Source of the DNA: Candidatus Bathyarchaeota archaeon
GTDB lineage: Archaea; Thermoproteota; Bathyarchaeia; TCS64
Direction: 5' to 3'
NCBI GenBank assembly: GCA_043826455.1
Contig: JBDRQD010000068.1
Coordinates: forward strand, 1-30,499
DNA length: 30,499 nt
Below, one piece after another: positions 24,902 to 30,499 of this stretch. Under the pieces are notes generated by a model. It saw only the letters and a program-made list of their open reading frames with translations, had not been told where the DNA came from and ran no database searches. The position numbers were made by a program, and so were the translations under genes. Each line of letters opens with the position of its first letter. Position 1 is the first letter of the stretch.

Positions 24902-25786
24902 TTACTCCTCCTCGTCCTCCTCAGTCGGGTCCTCGTCGGGGAGGTTCTCATTGGGCGTTTCCTCCGGCTCGAGTTCCTCGACCTCAACGTCGGTCACCAC
25001 CGGCTCCTTGGACACTGGTTCCTCCTCAGCTGGGACTTTGGACTCCACCACTTCCTCTACCTGTGGCTCCGTGGCTTCATCCATCTGAGGCTGCGCGGCT
25101 TCCTCAACCATAGTTTCAGTTACCTGGCCCTCCTCTGCCTCCGCCTCGTCTGGCTCAACGCCCGGGATGAGCTGCTGGTACTCGATTTCAGGTAGGTTGT
25201 CCAAGTTCACTTTGTCGGGGAACTTCGCGTCGGGGGGGACAATGTTTACTGTGACTCCCAGGACTCCGCGCTTCATCTTGACGTGGATGGTGGCGCTTTT
25301 GACATACCTCTGGGCCGGATCCCCTGCCTTGGGCACATAGCCCTCCACCACCTTCTCGAATCGGGCTCTCGCGCTTCTCAGGGGTCCCTTCAGTATAACC
25401 TCACAGCCTAGGGCCCCGCTGTCCATGATGCGGCGTAGGCTCCAGAAGATGGCCCGTCTAAAGTGAACTCCTCTCTCCAGGGCGTTGGCCACCCTGGAGG
25501 CCATGATGAGGGGGTTCATCTCGGGGACCTCTACCTCCACGACGGTGATCTGGGGGTTGGGTAGCCCCAGCTCAGTCTCCAGGCGCTCGGACGCCTCCTT
25601 GATGGCTTTTCCGCGTTTGCCTATGACTCTGCCCGGCCTCATGGCGAAGAGGTTGATCTGGGTTCCTAGGGGGGTCTTGGTAAGGGTGATGCCGCCGTAC
25701 CCGGCCTGCTCGTACTCGTCGTAGAGAAGCTCGTCCACTTTGACGCGTTCGATGCTGTCCTTGATGATGCGCCTGACAACTGACAT
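24902..25786 (-). CDS. rps3: 30S ribosomal protein uS3 with long acidic C-terminal extension
   Basis: AGYGG, TPLGT, RPGRVIGKRG (KH domain), LERGVHFRR, GALGCEV, GVLGVTV. Confidence 0.96.
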   Translation of the reverse strand: MSVVRRIIKDSIERVKVDELLYDEYEQAGYGGITLTKTPLGTQINLFAMRPGRVIGKRGKAIKEASERLETELGLPNPQITVVEVEVPEMNPLIMASRVANALERGVHFRRAIFWSLRRIMDSGALGCEVILKGPLRSARARFEKVVEGYVPKAGDPAQRYVKSATIHVKMKRGVLGVTVNIVPPDAKFPDKVNLDNLPEIEYQQLIPGVEPDEAEAEEGQVTETMVEEAAQPQMDEATEPQVEEVVESKVPAEEEPVSKEPVVTDVEVEELEPEETPNENLPDEDPTEEDEEE

Positions 25787-26247
25787 TAGTATTCCTCGAC
25801 TGCGACCTCTACGTGGGTCAGATGCTTAAAATAGGGTGAGGCCCTGCCGAAAGCCCTCGGAATGTACTTCCTAATGACTCTGCCCCTGTGGGCAACCACG
25901 TGAATGATCCTTAATCTGTCTGCGTATAGCCCCTTGAACTCCGCGTTAGCCTCCACGGACTCCAGGACCTTCAATATCTCTCCGGCTGCCTTCTCCGGGA
26001 ACCGGCCGGCGTCGTGCCCCTCAAGCTCCTTCCTGTGGGGTATCTTGCCGCGGTACCTGTAGTAAGGTACAGCGATCTTCTTCTCCATGACTCCCTCGAG
26101 GTAGACCTTGGCCGCCTCGAGCTTCATGCCCTTGAGCTGATGACAGATCTCTCTAGCTACCTTTGGTTTTATCCTTAGATCCCGTCCGCTGGCTATGGCG
26201 GTCTTATCCGGGTCTAGCCCTTGCACCGAGTATTTCCAGGATGGCAT
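25786..26247 (-). CDS. rpl22: 50S ribosomal protein uL22
   Basis: GRFPEKAA, ANAEFKGL, PRAFGRA, THVEV. Confidence 0.96.
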   Translation of the reverse strand: MPSWKYSVQGLDPDKTAIASGRDLRIKPKVAREICHQLKGMKLEAAKVYLEGVMEKKIAVPYYRYRGKIPHRKELEGHDAGRFPEKAAGEILKVLESVEANAEFKGLYADRLRIIHVVAHRGRVIRKYIPRAFGRASPYFKHLTHVEVAVEEY

Positions 26248-26280
26248 ATACGCACCGTTCGCCTACATTGAATCGGGGCT

Positions 26281-26292
26281 TAATATAAAAAC
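26281..26292 (-). promoter_or_regulatory. TATA box of an internal promoter upstream of rpl22
   Basis: Minus strand TTTTATATTA ~35-40 bp upstream of the rpl22 ATG, in a 218-bp AT-rich gap. Confidence 0.55.
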
Positions 26293-26465
26293 GTTATTCA
26301 TTCCATAAACCACAGGAAAATGCATTTTACATTGTCTCTACAATCAGAATTTTTCCACGCTGAACCCATGTGTGTAGGCTTTTACTGATAAAAGAATTTG
26401 TTTTACAATTAATGCAATGAGAAATGTGCTTAACGAGTGTAGTATAGAAAGTAGATGAATAGAAT

Positions 26466-26855
26466 CTACTTCAGGGGGATGTACATGCTGCTTCTCGAGG
26501 CACCGATACCCGGACGCCCGTGGCGCACAAGGTTGATGCTTATAGCGAACTCGCCAACGTAGTGGCCCAACATCTTCTCGGTGATCTTGATCTCCTTGAA
26601 CTCCTTGCCCGTGTGGACGTAGATACTCTTCCCGATCATCTCGGGGAGAATGATCATGTCCCTGGCGTGGGTTCTGATGGGCTTGCCCGAGTCCCTGCGC
26701 AGCTTCTCGAGGATTATCCTCTGATCGTTACTAAGTCCACGGCGGAGGCTCCTCCTCATGCGTGCGGGGAGGATTCTTATGAACTCGTCCATTGACATGG
26801 CCTGCAGTTCCTCGACGGTCTTCCCGCGGTACTTGAAATCCTTCGGCATTTTCAT
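26466..26855 (-). CDS. rps19: 30S ribosomal protein uS19
   Basis: FKYRG, IRTHARDMIILPEMIG, MLGHYVGEF, HGRPGIGASRSSMYIPLK; alternative ATG at 26849. Confidence 0.96.
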   Translation of the reverse strand: MKMPKDFKYRGKTVEELQAMSMDEFIRILPARMRRSLRRGLSNDQRIILEKLRRDSGKPIRTHARDMIILPEMIGKSIYVHTGKEFKEIKITEKMLGHYVGEFAISINLVRHGRPGIGASRSSMYIPLK

Positions 26856-26885
26856 TCACCTCTACTAAGGGGGGTTATTTAACCC

Positions 26886-27611
26886 TTAGTTTCTCCTCCT
26901 CTGTCGTTTGCCGGAGTTCCTGGCGGCTATCAGGCCGACCTTGGCTCCGGGCGGTGCGTGTCTGCTGACTGTTGTGGACTTGCCGGGTCTCCTGTGGCGG
27001 CCTCCTCCGTGGGGGTGCATGGCCGCGGGCATCTTGACTCCGTGGGCTATGGGGTACTTGTGGCCCTTGGACCTCTTGGCCTTGAGCTTGCCTCCGGCCT
27101 TCATGAAGGGCTTCTCCAGTCGGCCGCCACCGCTGATGATGCCGACGGTGGCTCTGCTGTTGTTGGGTATGGACACTGTTCTTCTGGATGGTAGGCGTAT
27201 GGATGTGTGTGTGGGCGTGTGGGCGATGACTGTTCCGTAGCTTCCTGAGGCTCGCGCGATCTTTCCTCCGTCTCCGGGCCTCAGCTCGATGTTGCAGACC
27301 ATGGTTCCCTCAGGCACCTTGCCGACGGGTAAGACGTTCCCTACTTGCGCGGGGGCCTCCGGTCCGACGGCTACCTGCTGGTTGACGTGGGTTCCCTCTA
27401 TTGCTGAGCTGTAGAAGCCTTCGCCTGGCTGGAACTCGATGTAGGCTAATGGTACCATTCTGCCGCCCTCGTGGACCATCTCCTTGATGGTTCCGTTCAT
27501 GTTCTCATCGGACAGGCTCGGGTACTTGGATGGCGCTATCTTGTGCATCGTCGCGGCCCGGAACACGCTTCCGCCGCGGCCTCTCCTCTGTACTTTTATC
27601 TTCTTACCCAT
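26886..27611 (-). CDS. rpl2: 50S ribosomal protein uL2
   Basis: MGKK..QRRGRG, CNIE.RPGDGGK.ARASG, GGGRLEKP, HPHGGG, APPGAKVG. Confidence 0.96.
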   Translation of the reverse strand: MGKKIKVQRRGRGGSVFRAATMHKIAPSKYPSLSDENMNGTIKEMVHEGGRMVPLAYIEFQPGEGFYSSAIEGTHVNQQVAVGPEAPAQVGNVLPVGKVPEGTMVCNIELRPGDGGKIARASGSYGTVIAHTPTHTSIRLPSRRTVSIPNNSRATVGIISGGGRLEKPFMKAGGKLKAKRSKGHKYPIAHGVKMPAAMHPHGGGRHRRPGKSTTVSRHAPPGAKVGLIAARNSGKRQRRRN

Positions 27612-27621
27612 TGTTCCGCAC

Positions 27622-27882
27622 CTACAGTATTCCTAGACGGATGGCGACATCTGACGCGTCGTACTCGTCTTTCAGCTTTATGAAGGCTTTCTTCTCTCCC
27701 TTCCGGGTGATGAGGGTGTTGACTGTCTCGGCCTCGACCTCGTAGAGCTCCTTGATGGCTGTGGCGATCTCGTGCTTGGTGGCGCGCCTGTCAACTATGA
27801 AGACGAGTTTGTTCTCGTTCTCTATCATGTTGACGCTGCGCTCCGTCATCATGGGGTACTTGATTACCTTATATGACTCCAT
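27622..27882 (-). CDS. rpl23: 50S ribosomal protein uL23
   Basis: [35 protein letters not shown] at 27882 after GGAGG. Confidence 0.95.
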   Translation of the reverse strand: MESYKVIKYPMMTERSVNMIENENKLVFIVDRRATKHEIATAIKELYEVEAETVNTLITRKGEKKAFIKLKDEYDASDVAIRLGIL

Positions 27883-27884
27883 GG

Positions 27885-28649
27885 CTAAGCCCTCCACACC
27901 TCGTCTAGAGACTCGAAGGCTTTTTTACCCCACAGGACGAGCCTGCCGGGGTGTGCGCCTGGGGCTAGAAGTTCCGCGTTCAGGCTGTGCACGTCCACTA
28001 TCTCGACGCCGGGGAGATTCCTAGCTGCTGCGCCAACTCCCCTGTCCTCGGAGACCACTATGAGGGGACCTTTTCCTATCTTCTTCTTGCGACCCCTCAT
28101 GGTACCTCTTCCGGCCCTGATCTTTTTCCGGTCAGCGCGTTCCACGTCCGACCAGATCCCTAGGGCCTGGAACAAGTCCTTGACCTCCTTGGTTTTGTTG
28201 AGGCTCTCCACCTCGTCGTCGATGACTAGTGGCAGCTGTTCTACGCTCTGGACTCTGTGTCCTCTCTTTTCTACGAGTTCCTTCACGGCCGTGGCCGCGA
28301 TACCCGACCTTATGGCGAATCTCTTCTCCTTCTTGTTGATCCGCTTCACGATGATCTTCTCGGAGGTGGGCGGGAAAGCCGCGTGGCCGCCTACTATGCT
28401 TACGCCGAAGGCGGCTCTGCTGCCCTGCCTGAGCCTGGGGACTCGGGCCATGCCGTGGCCTGTTCCATGGGACTCTGCGGTCGTCCTCTTGCCCGCCATG
28501 GGGTCCCTGCCCTGGGGCTGGAACCTCGTGCTCTGGAGGGCGACGACCGCCCGCTTTATTACATCATGACGTACAGGGGTCTCGAAGACCTTGGGGACCT
28601 CTACCTCTGCGACCTTCTCGTTCTTCAGGCTGAGAACTGATACTTTCAT
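27885..28649 (-). CDS. rpl4: 50S ribosomal protein uL4
   Basis: [55 protein letters not shown] overlap with rpl3. Confidence 0.96.
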   Translation of the reverse strand: MKVSVLSLKNEKVAEVEVPKVFETPVRHDVIKRAVVALQSTRFQPQGRDPMAGKRTTAESHGTGHGMARVPRLRQGSRAAFGVSIVGGHAAFPPTSEKIIVKRINKKEKRFAIRSGIAATAVKELVEKRGHRVQSVEQLPLVIDDEVESLNKTKEVKDLFQALGIWSDVERADRKKIRAGRGTMRGRKKKIGKGPLIVVSEDRGVGAAARNLPGVEIVDVHSLNAELLAPGAHPGRLVLWGKKAFESLDEVWRA

Positions 28650-29653
28650 TGTTTGTCGCTCCTCTTCCACTCGGTGTGTAGGTAGGTCACCTGGGGCGTC
28701 TCCTCGGGGTAGCCCGCGTCTCTGGCAGTCTTTCTGAGCTTGATGAGCCTCTTGGCTGGGCCCATGACGCTGCCCTTGAGGAGCAGGTAGTCTCCCTCGA
28801 CTAGGCCGTAGTTCTTGAACCCTCCTTTGGGGTTGACTCGGCCCGCGTCCTCTCCCATCATCATTATCCGTTTGTTGTACTCTGTTCTGTTGTGGAAGCC
28901 CATCTGGCCCGCCCTAGGCACCTGGGGTAGCACCCGTCTGGGTGACCAGGCGCCTATGCTGGCTACGGCTCTCTTCGATTTTCTGGATTTACGGGATAGG
29001 ATGCGTATGCCCCACCTCTTCACCGGGCCCTGGAACCCTTTGCCCTTGGTTACGCCCACGAGGTCGATGCTCTCCCCGTCTTTGAAGACGTCGCGTATGG
29101 TGATGGTCTTGCCGAGGAGACTCTTTGCGTAGGCGAACTGGCCCTCCATGGTTCCTCCGCTCACTGGGATCTCCATGATGTCGGGCGCCTTCTTGGGGAC
29201 GGCTGCGAGCCTGGGCTGGGTCGCCGTTATGACTCTTATCTGGGCGACCTTGTCGAGGCTCTTCTCGATCTCCGCCAGCTTCTCGGCTGGGTTGGGGTCC
29301 GTTGTGAAGGGTATTCTCCTGTACAGGTCTTTAGGCTGGTTTGCCATCCACGCCTCGGTCATGGCCTCTAGGCCGTCGTATGTCTTCTTGTAGGCGCGGA
29401 CTGCGATTACCAGCATGGGTGGAGTGTCTATTACGGTGGCAGCGGATTTTATCTCCTGCCCGTACTCAGGAACTCGTTCCCTGTCTTCTATGTAGAACAG
29501 GTGAGTCATGCCTGCCTTGTATCCTGCGAAGCCTACCAGCCCTGGCTCCTTGTCCAGGGTGGGCCAGAAAGAGACGCGTCCGTTTGGGTTTCTCGCCTTC
29601 TTGCGGGGCGAGTAGGACAACGACCCTTTCTTCGGTGAATGTACGCGTGGCAT
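28646..29653 (-). CDS. rpl3: 50S ribosomal protein uL3
   Basis: GFAGYKAGMTH, TKGKGFQGPVKRWG, PRAGQMGFHNRTEYNK, KGSVMGP. Confidence 0.97.
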   Translation of the reverse strand: MPRVHSPKKGSLSYSPRKKARNPNGRVSFWPTLDKEPGLVGFAGYKAGMTHLFYIEDRERVPEYGQEIKSAATVIDTPPMLVIAVRAYKKTYDGLEAMTEAWMANQPKDLYRRIPFTTDPNPAEKLAEIEKSLDKVAQIRVITATQPRLAAVPKKAPDIMEIPVSGGTMEGQFAYAKSLLGKTITIRDVFKDGESIDLVGVTKGKGFQGPVKRWGIRILSRKSRKSKRAVASIGAWSPRRVLPQVPRAGQMGFHNRTEYNKRIMMMGEDAGRVNPKGGFKNYGLVEGDYLLLKGSVMGPAKRLIKLRKTARDAGYPEETPQVTYLHTEWKRSDKQ

Positions 29654-29659
29654 TTAATG

Positions 29660-29712
29660 ACACTCCTATTTTTAGGCTGTAAAGAATCAACATGGCTTAG
29701 ATTTAAAGGATT
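29660..29712 (-). promoter_or_regulatory. Promoter (TATA TTTAAAT, 29701-29707) and RBS (GGAGTG, ~29661-29666) of the rpl3 operon
   Basis: Minus-strand TATA-like box ~50 bp upstream of the rpl3 ATG, with an SD-like sequence just before the start. Confidence 0.55.
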
Positions 29713-29868
29713 CGTAGAAGGTGGAGTAGTGTATCTACTGGTTTGTTTCTGTTTATTTTGTGTGTGTGGTGTGCATAGTTTAATGGTTGGTGTATAGTAA
29801 TGTGAGTATGTTGTAGGATTACGTTGCTGGTCTCTGGTTTTCGTTGTATGGTGGGTTTGGCGTTTCTC

Positions 29869-29904
29869 TGTGTGTGTGTGTGTGCGTTGGGGGGGGAGGG
29901 GGGG
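29869..29904. repeat. (TG)8 microsatellite followed by a G8-A-G7 run
   Basis: TGTGTGTGTGTGTGTG at 29869-29884 and GGGGGGGGAGGGGGGG at 29889-29904; a shorter (TG)5 lies at 29759-29768. Confidence 0.85.
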
Positions 29905-30048
29905 TCCTGTCGTCGTCATCATGATTCCCCTTTTTTTGGGCTTTTTTTCTGGATCGGAGGCTTTTTTCAGGTTCTTTTGTGGTGGTGGTCAGGGGTGTCA
30001 GCCGTCATCGCCGCCGTTGTTTTATGCGGGTTCGTTGGCTGCGCCGTT

Positions 30049-30499
30049 CTATGTGGTGTGGGCTGCACTCTGTTGTGGTTTGATGGCTTTTTTTGGGTAG
30101 GGGCATGTTGCGTTCAGCAAGCATTCGCCGCATATGGGACGCTGCGCTCTGCAGACCTCTCTCCCGAACCGGATGAAGGATAGGTGTACCTCCCTGTACC
30201 TGTCGGGGTAGGAGGCGTCCTCCAGCACCCTGCGGATGTCCTCGTAGGACGCGTTCCTGGGCACGATCTCCAGGCGCTTGCATATCCTCTCTATGTGCCT
30301 GTCCACCGGAACGACACGGTGCCCGGAGACGAACATAAGCGCCACGTCGGCCGTCTTGAACCCCACGCCGGGGAGCTCCACCAGCTCCTCCCGCGCCTCG
30401 GGGAGACTCTTATCGAATACCTCTGAGAGGTCCCCGCCGTACTTTTCCACAACCTCTCTGCTCACGGCCTTCAGGGTCCTGGCTCTCTGGTTGTGCATG
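30049..30499 (-). CDS. nth: Endonuclease III (HhH-GPD DNA glycosylase/AP lyase), 5' part outside the window
   Basis: HhH LPGVGFKTA with catalytic Lys, VPVDRH, and [4Fe-4S] motif C-x6-C-x2-C-x5-C (CRAQRPICGECLLNATC). Confidence 0.93.
   Translation of the reverse strand, partial: MHNQRARTLKAVSREVVEKYGGDLSEVFDKSLPEAREELVELPGVGFKTADVALMFVSGHRVVPVDRHIERICKRLEIVPRNASYEDIRRVLEDASYPDRYREVHLSFIRFGREVCRAQRPICGECLLNATCPYPKKAIKPQQSAAHTT

Noticed and set aside
29533..30183. ORFs 29533-29922 (-), 29824-30183 (+), 29870-30100 (+)
   Set aside because: Translations mirror the low-complexity TG/G-run DNA (THTHT, CVCVC) and overlap rpl3 or nth.

Overview
Archaeal chromosomal segment. The archaeal-type ribosomal proteins (L32e, L19e, S4e), Rpp29, NucS, the splicing endonuclease and the frequent TTG/GTG starts point to a TACK lineage, possibly Bathyarchaeia; that assignment is inferred, not verified. 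The right half (16.4-29.7 kb, minus strand) is the large L3-to-secY ribosomal protein cluster, with a window-truncated endonuclease III gene upstream. The middle holds housekeeping genes (topA, tRNA-splicing endonuclease structural subunit, hisS, alaX) and three small putative Zn-binding proteins. The left 11 kb is a mixed region: TrmB regulator, M16 peptidase, tandem winged-helix protein, glyoxylate reductase, divergent tdh/kbl threonine-catabolism pair, nucS, MBL hydrolase and an MFS transporter. The most unusual signal is non-coding and confined to the left 10 kb, where three families of dispersed intergenic motifs recur. (A) Four copies of an 11-6-11 palindrome, TTTTTGTCTCA-nnATTC-TGAGACAAAA, with dif-site geometry, mostly at convergent gene junctions. 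(B) Three copies of the 16-bp palindrome TTTACCCTAGGGTAAA, two of them paired with motif A in mirror-image arrangement. (C) An exact 18-bp direct repeat present twice. A ~760-bp ORF-poor gap (8575-9334) also has RNA-like secondary structure. No rRNA, tRNA, CRISPR array, transposase or integrase was recognised.
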